A stretch of 64,000 bases of DNA from Tetramitus jugosus (Eukaryota > Protista > Heterolobosea), in contig OW569382.1 in assembly GCA_937625935.1 (NCBI GenBank), positions 124,001 to 188,000 of the forward strand. The letters run 5' to 3'. The notes beneath the pieces are model-generated. The model had not been told where the DNA came from, did no database searches, and saw only the letters and a program-made list of their open reading frames with translations. Positions 30,647 through 43,202 of the stretch are shown one piece after another (position 1 is the first letter of the stretch; each line of letters begins with the position of its first letter). Made by a program: the position numbers and the translations under genes.

Positions 30647-32334
30647 ATGGCATATCTTAATAACCAGGTTGTGGATGGTAATTTTGTTCGTTCAGTGCCA
30701 GGAAGTCAATCCATTTATGTTGCTGGTGAAAATCAGTATGTTCTTCTCTCTATTCAAGTCAAAAATAACATATAGATCCATATGTCTCACTGATTCGATG
30801 TCTTCTTGTCTTTTGTTTCATTATTGTTGTTACTGGTTGGAATGACAACAGTTTTGGGCAATTGATCACCAAAGTTACTCACATGTATGACCTGACTCTG
30901 GTGGAAGATTTGCCTAGAGACTTCAATATCAAGCTTGTTGCATGTGCACAGAACACGACAGTGATTGTTTCGGACAAGGAAGAGATTTATCTTTGTGGAT
31001 CAACAGGTAAGTTTTTTTACATGTTGACTTAAAGGAGTTCGTTTTTTTTGGTTGATTACACCCGAAACAACTCTGCTTACACGAATGTTTTTCATTGTTG
31101 TATGAGCAGCGGAGGCGCTTCGATCGGACCCACATGCTGGATTTATAACTGATAAAATAGGACTTTTCTTGTTGGACACGACGTCGCTACCACAGCAGAG
31201 AAGAGTGGTGACAAAGCTAACATGTGGATTCAGTCATTTTATTGTGGTATTCAGTATGTATTCACACATGTCACTTGATTGCGAAATATTTGCTGTTTGT
31301 TTAACAAATATCATCGTTTAATGTTGCTTGCTCAGATGACAATGAGATTTGTACCGTTGGAACGAATGGTTCTTCTGCTCTCTCTCGCTCCTCTCAGACC
31401 AAGATCGAAAAAGTGGAGGGAGTGCTGGCAAATAATCAAGCGCGAGTGTCTCACATTGCGTGTGGTGCCTACTTCTCGGCTTTAGTTTTGGAGAATCAAT
31501 TTATTTATGCGAGTGGATCGAACGAATATGGTCAATGCTGCAACCGTGGTGAATGTCAAGTATTTACGCCTGTTAATGATCCTGATAACGTTCAAGCTCA
31601 ACTCATTAATCAGCTGGTGTGTGGGCCATCGCACATGGCCATCCTTACCGGTCAAAGAAGATTGTACATGTGTGGATCCAACAGCAGTGGTCGTAAGTGT
31701 GTTGTTTTTGACAATGTCGCTGTTGATATGTTGTGGATGTGAAAGATACTAATTATTTCTGTCTTTTTTTGCTTCAGAATTTGGTTCCTCCTTGAGTGAA
31801 TCCTCAAGCAACACGTTTAGAGAGATTATATTCCAGCACCCAATCAATTACATTGTAGGAAATCGATGCATCAATGGCTTAGGTATTGTTACGCCAAACA
31901 ATGAATTGTACATGTCTGGAGAAAATGACAAAGGTAATCAATTTCTTCGTGCTCAACGAAATGTCACCGAATTTCAGCATGTCGACTCAGGTGGTCGCTG
32001 GTGTGCAGGAGATCGGTTGCAGTTCTCATTTGGCTTTTACCATGCCCATGTAATCAAGAATGGAGTACAGGTGTTTGGAGTAGGCTCCAACGCACATTCA
32101 CAGTTAGGAAAGGCATGCTACACGATGGATGACGAGCCAGAAGAAGAAATGATTGAAATACCGATTGACCACCTGAAACTTCACCCAAACCAGAGAGAAA
32201 TTTTGACTGTGGAATCCGGTGCCTCCTATGGAATATTTATTGTGGGTCAACCAGTGAGAACCTCTATTTCACTTCTTGCCAGAGCGCTGCAAAAGAAACA
32301 ACTTACTGATGTCGACATCATTTGTCAACAATGA
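30647..32334 (+). CDS. RCC1-repeat protein, multi-exon
   Basis: IYVAGEN, IACGAYFS, ASGSNEYGQC, GVGSNAHSQLG; several GT-AG introns; C-terminal LTDVDII. Confidence 0.78.
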
Positions 32335-32484
32335 AACTTTGCATGTCTTACTGTGATGCATGGAAGTCTCCAAATAGTTTTTTGTAATTATGTATGGCGC
32401 GTTTTTTTCATCCAGAAACCATTCTTAAACTACCACAAACATGAACAAATCGACCAATAAGTCCACTTCATCAACAATAACAAA

Positions 32485-33528
32485 ATGGTAACCATCCACG
32501 GAGGTTTGCATACAGTGGAAAAGAAGAAACTAAAGATCCAGCCTGCACAACCTGTAGCGAAAGAACAAGAAAATACCCATGCTCTAACTGGAATCACTAA
32601 CATCACCATCAACCCGTTCGCTTCAGGGTCTAGAGAAGTAACTATTCAACAAGATGACAAAATACTGAGAAGGCTTCAACTTGTGGGCCTATTGGGCACT
32701 GGTAATCAAGGCAAAGTGTTCCTTGTGTGCGATCCTGAAGGGAATAGGTATGCCCTGAAGCAAATGGTGGCAACGAGCCAGAGTGAGTTAACTCGAGTGT
32801 GGAGCGAAATTGAAAATGGTTCAAAATTGAGTCATGACTCAGTGATCAAAATCCACGATGTTTATAAACTAACTGAAGATGAAGAAGATAGCTTCTTCAT
32901 TCTCATGGACTACCATTCAGGTGGAGATTTAGAAAAGTTGATTGAGCAACATGTTCATAAACAAATCACTCTATCTGAATATCAAGTCGCGTGCATACTC
33001 TTGCAATTGAGTGACGCACTCGCATACATTCACTCTCAAAAGGTGATTCATCGAGATCTCAAAATCCAGAACGTGGCTCGAAATAGCAAGAATAAGTATA
33101 CTGTTCTTGATTTTGGTTTCAGCACCATGTTCGATGGTGGGAACAGATACTCCTTGGTTGGAACTAATCGCACAATGGCTCCTGAAATTGGTTCGAGTTA
33201 TGGATACGATTCTAAGGTTGATATTTTCAGTCTTGGTTGTATCATCTTTATGATGATGTCCCTCACGACCACCATCGATATTCCTGCCCTGCTGAAGAGC
33301 AAAGGCGAAAAAGATGCCTTCTCTTACTTGAGAACAACCATTCCATCTGACCGATATGACGACAAATTTGTTCAGTTAGTGATGAGTACACTGAGAATTG
33401 ATGCTTCTCAGAGACCCACAGCAGAGGAAATCTGCCGTTCTCCCATACTTGTTGCCAAAACCTTCAAGCCACCTAGCCTACAAGAAATACTGAATACGCG
33501 ACAACTATTGAAACCTGTAAAGAAATAA
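32485..33528 (+). CDS. Ser/Thr protein kinase (NEK-like)
   Basis: LGTGNQGKV, YALK, HRDLKIQN, DFG, APE, DIFSLG. Confidence 0.92.
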   Translation: MVTIHGGLHTVEKKKLKIQPAQPVAKEQENTHALTGITNITINPFASGSREVTIQQDDKILRRLQLVGLLGTGNQGKVFLVCDPEGNRYALKQMVATSQSELTRVWSEIENGSKLSHDSVIKIHDVYKLTEDEEDSFFILMDYHSGGDLEKLIEQHVHKQITLSEYQVACILLQLSDALAYIHSQKVIHRDLKIQNVARNSKNKYTVLDFGFSTMFDGGNRYSLVGTNRTMAPEIGSSYGYDSKVDIFSLGCIIFMMMSLTTTIDIPALLKSKGEKDAFSYLRTTIPSDRYDDKFVQLVMSTLRIDASQRPTAEEICRSPILVAKTFKPPSLQEILNTRQLLKPVKK

Positions 33529-33693
33529 AACATTTTCAGTTCTTCGTAGAACCCCAAACGGTTCACCCGCAGCAACGAACGGAGAAAGTGGCGTTTCAAG
33601 CTTACCGCGTTGACCCAAAAATACGTATTATCAAAAACACGAAAATCAAAATCTGGTCTAGAGAGAAAGCTTGTCTTTATTGTGTTTGAATGA

Positions 33694-36600
33694 ATGAAAT
33701 CTTGTGCATCTCCTGAACTGCATCAGCTGATTGACCAATGGACAGAAAATTATTCCTCATTTGCACAAGAAGATGTTCACATCACAATCGATAATATTCA
33801 TGTATGTGTGCGCGCATCATTCTATTGTGTTCATCATGTCAATAAGCTCACTTTTTTCGCGCAAAATGATTTCCTTGTTTTTATCATGTTTGTAGTCCAT
33901 TTCCAATTCGATACCCTACACGATTAGCTATACGTTGTTGTTTGTGTTCTATTTGCTGTGCGTGTTGACTCTTGGAGCTCTACCATTGATTGTCAAATGG
34001 TTTCCTAGACTCAAGATTTGGATGACTCACATTCAATCTCACTCTAATGCCACTGCGACTTGTGTCCTGATACAATCGGCTTCCAATGGTGAATGGGCTA
34101 TTTGTCCCGTGCAGAGCACTGAAGTTCACTTGAAGGAGAGTCAATATGTAAGTACAATGTTTGCCACAGTGTATGTGGTATGATCTAGCAGAAGCGTGTG
34201 TGATGAACGCAAACGTAGTCTTGTGAGCTTACTAACTGTTGGTTTGATTCATGTTTAGTTCTTAAAAACATTGTTTTATAGAAGAGTTTGTTTCATATAC
34301 GATGATAGGCAAGAGGCATTTGTAAAGCTACAGTATGTGTTGTTACTTGTGTGATTCACTCTGTGATTGAGGTGGTTGACCAATATCTAATTGCAAATAG
34401 GTTTCATTTTGGAGGGAAAACAAATGCAGAATTACACGCAATGAGAAATGGTTTATCAGGTGACGAGAGACAGTTGAGAAAAGAATTATTTGGACCCAAC
34501 AAGTTAGAAACTCCTGTGCGAAGTTGGCTATTATTGCTGTTTGATGAAGTGCTGAACCCACTCTATATTTTTCAATTATTCGCAGTTACGTCATGGTTGC
34601 TCGTCAGGTATTGGTTGTATTCAGTTGTTGTGATCCTGATGTCTGTTTCGTCAGCTGTCACCAATCTATGGCAAACGAGACAAAATCTCAAAAAGGTCCA
34701 CGCTATGGGAAGACAACCTGCAACTGTTCGACGACTCATAGAAGATGGTTTCCAAACGGTTGATTCTTCACAAATTGTACCTGGTGATGTGATTGAAATT
34801 GATACTGAATTAACGTGCTGTGATATTGTATTATTATCTGGTGAGTGTGTTGTGAATGAAAGTATGCTCACAGGCGAGAGTGTTCCTCTAACAAAAACCG
34901 CGCTCAGTATGACCTCTAACTCTATATTTAACGTAGAAAGGGACTCGTCTCATATCCTATTTTGTGGAACACAAGTTCTAATGTTGATAGGAACGAAGAA
35001 GCCAATTGGGTTGTGCATTCGTACTGGCTTTGATACAACCCGAGGAAAGTTAATTTTGTCCATTTTGCATCCAAGAAACTCTTCCTTCCAGTTCTACAAG
35101 GATTCCTTGGGTTTCGTTGGATTTCTATCGGCTATTGGTATGTAAAGTAGTTGTGACATGAACATTCACCATCAATTATTCACTCTATTCATTTTGTATA
35201 GGATTTTTGGGTATTTTGTACTCGGGTGTAAGATTCATAGACATGAAGGTACCGTGGATTGAAATTATTCTTCGTTGTGCCAATTATCTCACCGTTGCTG
35301 TTCCTCCAGCTCTTCCTTTGTCAATAACAGTATGCACTTCAATGGCGATGGATAGACTCAAAAAGGCACGGGTGTATACAACGAGTCCTACATGTGTGAT
35401 TACGTCCGGACAAGTAGATTGTGTGTGCTTTGATAAAACAGGTACCCTTACATCAGGAGGGATGCGTTTAATGGGAGTATTGCCTTGCCATCGAGCTCAG
35501 TTTCGAGAGATCGTCAAATCAGAGGAATTGTACGAATCTCTCACAGACAAAGAATGTGAAACTGAATTTTACAACTTCAAATCTACCCTACTCAAGTGCC
35601 TTTCAAGTGCTCATAGCCTTGCTCTCTCTCCTGAAAAGACAGTTGTTGGAGATCCATTAGAAGTTGAAATCTTCAAGGCAGTTAGAAGTACACTGAATAC
35701 TTCACCTTCAGATGGCATGTGGCATATCGGTTTGAATAACCAATCACCCTCTGCATCGGAACTCAGTGATGAGCTAGAGATTGTCAAACATTTCGAATTC
35801 TCCTCACAACTGCGAACCATGTCAGTTATCGCAAGAGATGTTAAATCTGGTAACTGCTTTGTATTTGTGAAGGGAGCTCCAGAGAAAATTAGCGAAATAT
35901 CGGACCGCAATAGTATTCCATCCAACTTTCCCTTAATTGTACATCGGTATGCAAAAAAGGGTCTGAGAATTGTAGCTGTTGCGAAGAAGGAGCTACCCGC
36001 CACTTTCAATCTCAGTTCTCTCGAAACTATTAATCGAACCATCATTGAACAGAATGTTGTCTTTCTAGGTTTTGTTATTATGGACAACAAGCTGAAGAAG
36101 AGCGCTAAGCGTACGGTAGCTTTGCTTTCGAAAGCCCGAATCTTTAATGTCATGGCTACTGGAGATAATATATCTACAGCTGTTGCTGTGGCTCAAAAAT
36201 GTGGAATTATGCCGCGAACAGAGAGAGTAGTCATTGGAGACATTAACGAAAACAGAGAGTTTGAATGGACAGATTCTGATCAAATCAAGACGAATGACAT
36301 TGTCTCGGATTTCTCAACAAATTCGACTGGATTTAACACAAGCGAACAACAACAAATCGCGGTCACAGGGTCTGCATTCGAATACCTCTTTAAGCAACAT
36401 CAGTACTCCGCGGGAGTTGTTTCTGAATATGAGAAAATACTCTGTACTTGCACAGTTTACGCTCGTATGAATGCCGAGCACAAAACATTACTTTGCTCAG
36501 AATTGATGCGAATTGGCTATTATGTTGCCATGATTGGTGACGGAGCCAACGATGCGCCAGCCCTCAGAAGTGCTACTGTAGGGATTTCTCTTTCACAAAC

Positions 36601-37723
36601 TGAAGCATCTATAGCTGCTCCCTTCACCTCGATGAAATCAACCATTGATTGTGTTCCAACAATTATCAGAGAGGGGCGAGCTGCACTGGCGACTGCATTT
36701 CAAATGTTTCTATACATGGGGTGTTACTCATTCATTCAATTTTTTGGAGTTGTACTGCTGTATGACATCAATTCAACGTACGGAGACTATCAAGTAAGTT
36801 ACTTTTGCAATGTTTGGATCCTCTTTTGTTTGAAAGGACGACTCACTAATTTGAATACCTAGTTCTTAATCGGTGATTTGTTGACAGACTTTCCGGTCTG
36901 CTTGCTTATGTGTAACGCACTGGCAAACAGAAAACTCGCAAAAGATAAGCCAATGACTACTCTATTTAATTCTCGAACTATTATATCTGTATGTCAATGC
37001 CTACAGTGTGTGGCGTATTTTAATCTGATACTAACACCTAACTAATGTATTAGTATCTGTTTCAAATAATTCTTGCATGTGGTGTTCAATTAATGTTGCT
37101 ATTCTACATGCGTCAGCAATCTTGGTACGAGTTATTGATCAACTTTTATACGCCAGATGGTCAATACATTGACGCCTCACTGAATGTTGTGTGCTTTGAA
37201 ACAACAACACTATTTATCGTAGCTTCATTCCAGTATTGGGCTTCTGCTATGTCCTATTCAATCTCAAGTCCATTCAAAAGACCCTTGTACACAAACAGTA
37301 TGTCCATTCTATCGTAATATCAATGGTTCTTTGAATCTCTTACTAATGCCAATCGCACAACCAACCACAACAGAACTCTACTTTGGTTACATGTGTCTCC
37401 TCTTCCTTATGCTTGTTTATGTGTGTATTATACCAGACTCCCACACAAAATACTGGCTTCAATTGGCATCTCTACCACTCAATTTCCGATTCGTCCTTCT
37501 GACTGTCTCTTTGGTCAATGTGATTGCATGTATCTGCTTCGAGAGGTTCGTTGTATTGGGGCTACTAAGAAAACTATCTCGGCTTATCACTTTCTCAAAG
37601 GTGAAATACTACCTAAAAAAGATGTTGTTGTGTAGAAAGATGACAACACAGGACGAAGTCAAATCATACAGTCACCTAAGGTATCATCAGGTTCGATGGC
37701 TCCTCCAAAATCAACCTCTCTAA
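33694..37723 (+). CDS. P5B-type ATPase (ATP13A family), multi-exon
   Basis: VPPALP, CFDKTGTLT, LTGESVP, KGAPE, TGDN, GDGAND; multiple short introns. Confidence 0.9.
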
Positions 37724-38173
37724 AATCTTCACTCCGACAACATAGCAACTTCAATTTTGTAACGCAATCAATAAACGTCAAGTGTCGTCAAATGTCCATA
37801 AAAGATGAATAATCGCGAACGAACTTTGCTGTTTCTTGATGATTTGGGCTCCAGTGATTCTCTGCCCATCATCAGAGCACGTATCTGACATAAACATTCG
37901 TATTGATTAAGCAAAACAAATCATCCAAAAAGCTCTCAACCAAGGACACAACGACTCTGAACCATCCACTCGTTGTCTCACACACCACACACGCCACCTC
38001 CACTTTATCACTTCGAAGAATATTTTTCAGTTTGTGCGAGAATCACCTCCGACACCACCAAAAAAGCTTTTTTCCAATCCTCAATCGTCGTTGAACAAAA
38101 AAACAAAAACAACAACAACAACTAGCGTACATAATACCAACAACAACAACAACAAACAAAACAATAACAAAAA

Positions 38174-39085
38174 ATGACACAAACTGCTTCTGCTGCCCAA
38201 CATATTAAATGTGTAGTCGTTGGTGATGGTGCTGTCGGCAAGACTTGCTTGCTATGGGTCTATGCCAACAATAGCTTCCCTGGCGAATATGTGCCAACAG
38301 TGTTTGATAATTGTAAGTGTGTGACCACAACAACCAACAACAACAACAACAACCACAAATTGAACAACTTTTTTTTTGTTGTTGTTGTCTCTCTCTGTTC
38401 AAACACCATTGGTCGTAGTCAACAAATCTAACAACATATTTTTTTCTCGTTTATTCACTTGACTTTGAATCAATGAATCAACACCATCATAATGTCGACA
38501 AAATGTGTTCTCTCATGTGTTGATTTTTTTTTATGATCATCACCACCATCACCATCACCACCATCCATCCTATCATACATATATCATACACATATCATAC
38601 GTGGTATAGACTCTGCCAACGTCATGGTCGAAGGAAGAACAATTAATCTTGGATTGTGGGATACTGCTGGTCAAGAGGACTATGATCGATTGAGACCATT
38701 GAGTTATCCAGGAACCAACGTTTTTCTCATTTGCTTCTCTGTTGTCAATCCAGCTTCATTTGAGAATGTGACCATCAAGTGGCACCCTGAAGTCATGCAT
38801 CACTGCCCCTCTGTTCCCTGTATATTAGTTGGCACAAAGTCTGATCTGAAGAGTGATGCATCACAGATGAAGGCTCTTCAGGAGAAGGGACAAAAAATCA
38901 AGTCGGCTGATGATGCCGAAGAGCTAAGAAAACAGATTAAGGCTGTCAAGTATGTCGAGTGCAGTGCAAAGACACAGGAAGGTATCAAGCAAGTGTTTGA
39001 TGAGAGCATCAAGGTGGCATTGTTTGCAAAGCGAAAGCCACAAAAGCCTCAAAAGGCTAGCTCTGGTGTTTGCTCACTATTGTAG
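38174..39085 (+). CDS. RAC: Rac/Rho family GTPase; intron 38313-38609
   Basis: [16 protein letters not shown]|YSAN after splicing, [27 protein letters not shown]. Confidence 0.93.
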
Positions 39086-39553
39086 AATAATAAGAATACT
39101 GTGTGATTTTTAATGAAGGATCCAAGGAGATTTTTTTCTTTGTTGGTTGTTGCGAATCTTTTCTTTCTGTAAATGAATGATCGGTTTTTGTTGGAGGAAA
39201 TTTCCCAAATCAAACCGTTGTTGTGCTTTTGTGACAGTGGAATCGATTATTGACATTTGACATTTCAGGCAAAATCGGCGCTTTCATCGTCGGAGTATAG
39301 GGAGTATTTACAGTCTCTCGAAATTTAAATGAGCATGTTCGTTATCATGATCTTTTGCATTCAACTGATGACCTTTTAGCTTGATATATTCTTCTTAATC
39401 CGATCTGCAATTATGTGTTGTTTCTTCAAAAAGTTTGGTAGATCAGGATTATCTACATCTCAGTCGCACTTTTCACCACACTTCAGACTGAATGATTCTA
39501 CGTCAGGTATATGGCATATGCCAAAAAAAGGAGTGGAATAACACATTTTCTAT

Positions 39554-40654
39554 TTATTCAAATACTTGATGATAAACTGCTGGGCAGTATTGCTGGATCT
39601 CTTTTTTGACCGGTTTGAAGTATTCTCGTAAAGATTGCTTGTTGATCTTGATAAACTCTTTTTCGTCTTCAATTGCCTTGGCATATTCAACACAGAATTC
39701 AGTGCAGCTAACTGGTATTGCGACATTTCTTTGGATATCCCAATTACCTCCAACATGGATAGCAGAGAAGTAGGTGGAACAATTAGAGGATGGAGATACC
39801 ATTAACAAACCACCAGACGTACCTCTAATAGTGGGGCATTGGTGATTCATATAGCCTTTTGTGCTGGAATAACTGCTTTTGCCACCGCTCACAATCTTTT
39901 TCTCAAAGGAATCCATTCCTTTTTTGACAGTTGCATATAGTCTACCAATGTTTTCTTCAGCTTCAGATGTATACCCATTTCCACCACAATAGTCTTCTAA
40001 AAACTTCTGCTTTCCAATGTAACCTGGATAAGCAATCACAAAACAATCTGTAACATCGTTGGAAGGTCTTGCAGGTAATGCGTACTTGTCGGTTCGGTGG
40101 TCCTTAAATCGTAGAAATGCAAAATCATTGATTGTTCCCCACTGCTCACCACCAATCGCGTAATCTGAATTATCCTGGAATTCAGTGAGAGTATCAACAT
40201 ACTTTGGAAGTAGTTCCATCTCGTATACATCTTCATCTCCAACTTTCACTTCATCGTCATATTGTGCATTGACGGTAAATGTAAAATAGACCTTATCTAA
40301 TGTCAAAGCGCCATCATGATGTGATGGCTTAATAACGTGCTGTGCTGTTGCAACTATCGATGAGGTGACTGAAAATCCTGTACCAGCGAATGCATGATAA
40401 ACACCATCTTTATCCTTGTACATACTTAACACTCTTCCCACACATTCAGCTGAACTTTCAACTAAATTGGTTGTGTGTTCGAAGAGTGAATGATTTCCCT
40501 TCAATTTGTTTCTTTTACTCAATTGGTATAAGTTACCTTCCATTTGACCAGTTCGAATGTTTTGTAGCACGACTTCACCAGAGCTGATACTATTTGCCCT
40601 GTGCGTGTACGGTGTTGGTCTACCTTCAAACTTCCATAAGTCTGTATGCTTCAT
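39554..40654 (-). CDS. trypsin-like serine peptidase domain protein, no signal peptide
   Basis: AGTGF, TAQHV (His), NDFAFL (Asp), GTSGG (Ser), AIHVGG. Confidence 0.8.
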   Translation of the reverse strand: MKHTDLWKFEGRPTPYTHRANSISSGEVVLQNIRTGQMEGNLYQLSKRNKLKGNHSLFEHTTNLVESSAECVGRVLSMYKDKDGVYHAFAGTGFSVTSSIVATAQHVIKPSHHDGALTLDKVYFTFTVNAQYDDEVKVGDEDVYEMELLPKYVDTLTEFQDNSDYAIGGEQWGTINDFAFLRFKDHRTDKYALPARPSNDVTDCFVIAYPGYIGKQKFLEDYCGGNGYTSEAEENIGRLYATVKKGMDSFEKKIVSGGKSSYSSTKGYMNHQCPTIRGTSGGLLMVSPSSNCSTYFSAIHVGGNWDIQRNVAIPVSCTEFCVEYAKAIEDEKEFIKINKQSLREYFKPVKKEIQQYCPAVYHQVFE

Positions 40655-40960
40655 GATGAACAGATTGTGTTTAATGTTATTTTTTCGTAAAAATATCGTA
40701 AAATCGTTGATAGTAGAAGTTGCTCCACTTCACTTCAAGTAGCTTTTCAACAATAAAACATTGCCCGACAAACAACACATTTGAAATCAATGGAAGGACA
40801 TATCTCCAGAAGACTTCAAATTTCTGCTTGGATTCTGTCATGACGATTCCACCGTGGTTTGTTGAGAAAGTTCAAGTTCTCACATCATTGAACTCTCGCA
40901 ACAACAAGTTCCAGTTCCCACTTTTGATAAAAAAACAACAACCAGAGGAAGAGTAAATGC

Positions 40961-41857
40961 ATGACGATGGACCTTGCACATCATCCACAACATGAAGAAG
41001 ATGATCAACATACCACAGATCTACCAAACCCCAAACAGTTAAACAACAGAAGAGAACGCGGAAAACGATTCAATGTCTGGTCATCCAACTCTCTTCGAAG
41101 ACCAAAGGCACGTCAAGATGCACGTCGATCGGAGGAAACGATTGTGAGGCAACCTGTTGGTAGATTTATAACTAATGATACCAATAAGGGTATAGACGAT
41201 GGTGATATGGTTTCCGGCGTAGAGTACTCTTTAGGTAAGAAGAAGCGTTGGCTCATTGTGGACGAAATCAAGAAGCAACACCTGGAAAAGAATGAGATCG
41301 ATGGCCCGGATGAAAAGGAAAAAACTAGGCAAGAGAACAGTAGTAGTAGTAACGGAAAGGTGAAGAAGAAGCAGGGCGCGGGATCGAAGAAAGAAAAGAC
41401 CTCATCGAATAAGGAGCCAGAGATCATTGAAAAGAAGCCTGTGCCATTGGTTGAGGAGTTCAATCACTATCGAAGGAATAGAAGATCCAAAAATAAGATC
41501 AATGATCAACACAGTGATATCTACACATATGCAGACCAAGTATTCAATGCACAAAAGACAGCAGATGCCTCCCGCTCAAAGAGCAAGAAGAAGGGCTCTA
41601 AAAAGACATTGAATCCATCTGAAACGACAATTAATGGTGAATTCGATACGCATTACTATGAAATTACCTGGGCACCAAAGGTTAATGACAAAATGTGGAA
41701 CGACTTGGACGACCATGGATACTGGTCACCAGAGTTCGTGTTTGGCTCACCAAAGAAGAACTTTGAACAAAAGCGAAGAAGAAAAACAAAATTGTTAACA
41801 ACAGTGATGGAAAATGATGCCAAAGGTTCCATCTCTTCCAAGAATCGCATCTATTAA
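40961..41857 (+). CDS. basic hydrophilic hypothetical protein
   Basis: Intact 298-aa ORF. Confidence 0.6.
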   Translation: MTMDLAHHPQHEEDDQHTTDLPNPKQLNNRRERGKRFNVWSSNSLRRPKARQDARRSEETIVRQPVGRFITNDTNKGIDDGDMVSGVEYSLGKKKRWLIVDEIKKQHLEKNEIDGPDEKEKTRQENSSSSNGKVKKKQGAGSKKEKTSSNKEPEIIEKKPVPLVEEFNHYRRNRRSKNKINDQHSDIYTYADQVFNAQKTADASRSKSKKKGSKKTLNPSETTINGEFDTHYYEITWAPKVNDKMWNDLDDHGYWSPEFVFGSPKKNFEQKRRRKTKLLTTVMENDAKGSISSKNRIY

Positions 41858-41999
41858 AGTTATGAGCACACCGCATTGTATTCAAGCATTTCCTTGAATT
41901 GCGCATCATTTTCCCGATCCTAAAACCGCGCAACAAAAAGCTCTCCCACAATCAAATAGCAATCAAACAACACTCAAGTAACAATCAAACAACAAAATC

Positions 42000-43100
42000 A
42001 TGGGAAAATACGCACAACTAGTCATTGGACCAGCAGGTTCAGGAAAATCAACCTACTGTCGTTCACTATACGAACACATTATGAGTCTCAACTCCAATTA
42101 CAAGGGCACTCAGAAGAGACACATTCACTTGGTCAATCTCGATCCAGCAGTCGATGATGTCGTTCCAGATGACTCTGATTTCAACAGCGAATCTCTTCTC
42201 TCTTCAACCAACAAGAACAACAAGAACAACAAGAACAACAAGAATGAAGAAGCTGAAAAAAAAATTTATTCCTTTTCAATTACGGATTTGATCACATTGG
42301 AAGACGTCATGGAAGAAATGGAGTTGGGACCGAATGGGGCACTACTCTACTGCATGGAATACTTTATATCAGAGTTGAATGAATGGTTGAGTGAACACTT
42401 GGGTGATTTTGATGAAGATTACCTTGTTTTTGATTGTCCGGGACAGATTGAACTGTATACTCATGTGCCGTTGATGAGACAGTTTACGAACGAGTTGATG
42501 AGATTGGGTTATCGAGTTGCTACAGTCTACTGTATGGATGCACAGTTTATTCATGATACGACAAAGTTTATGAGTGGATCATTGATGTGTCTGAGTGCAA
42601 TGACCATGTTTCAAGACTGTCCTCATTTCAACATTTTAACAAAGTGTGATTTGATTAAGCAACAGTTGCAAAGTTTGAATGAGGACAATGGTGGTGGAGG
42701 TGGAAGTGGTATGTTGTCGTTGGACAATGCAGCCAACAACCCATTAGAGAAACAATCAGAAGTGAATTTGCATGAACAGTTGGAGGAGTATTTGGTGCCC
42801 GATACGGAAACGTTACTGTATCGGATGCAAAAGGAGAATACAAACTTTATGTCCAATGAGCGGTTCATGAGACTTCATACGGCGATTGCTCAACTCATTT
42901 CGGACTACAGTCTCGTCTCTTATCTACCACTGGACATTACTGATGAAGAGAGCATTGACTTTGTGTTGAACAATATTGATCATTCAGTGCAGTATGGTGA
43001 GGATCTAGAGGCAGCTGACCCGTATGAGAATGAGGATCAGGAAAACATGGATCAGGACTATGATGACGACGGTGATGACAACAACGACGAAACCTATTAG
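42000..43100 (+). CDS. GPN3: GPN-loop GTPase 3
   Basis: YAQLVIGPAGSGKSTYC, VNLDPA, LGPNG, DCPGQIELYTH, NIDHSVQYGED. Confidence 0.9.
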   Translation: MGKYAQLVIGPAGSGKSTYCRSLYEHIMSLNSNYKGTQKRHIHLVNLDPAVDDVVPDDSDFNSESLLSSTNKNNKNNKNNKNEEAEKKIYSFSITDLITLEDVMEEMELGPNGALLYCMEYFISELNEWLSEHLGDFDEDYLVFDCPGQIELYTHVPLMRQFTNELMRLGYRVATVYCMDAQFIHDTTKFMSGSLMCLSAMTMFQDCPHFNILTKCDLIKQQLQSLNEDNGGGGGSGMLSLDNAANNPLEKQSEVNLHEQLEEYLVPDTETLLYRMQKENTNFMSNERFMRLHTAIAQLISDYSLVSYLPLDITDEESIDFVLNNIDHSVQYGEDLEAADPYENEDQENMDQDYDDDGDDNNDETY

Positions 43101-43202
43101 ATAGTGATGGACTTCTTTATTGAAAAATGAATGTTGTTTTTTGGTGAATAAATAGTATCATTTTTCAAGCAACTAAATCTTGGTTGAGAATGAGTGCTTG
43201 TC

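Noticed and set aside
38571-38600. ATATCATAC tandem repeats and CAC/AAC runs
   Set aside because: Ordinary intronic microsatellite
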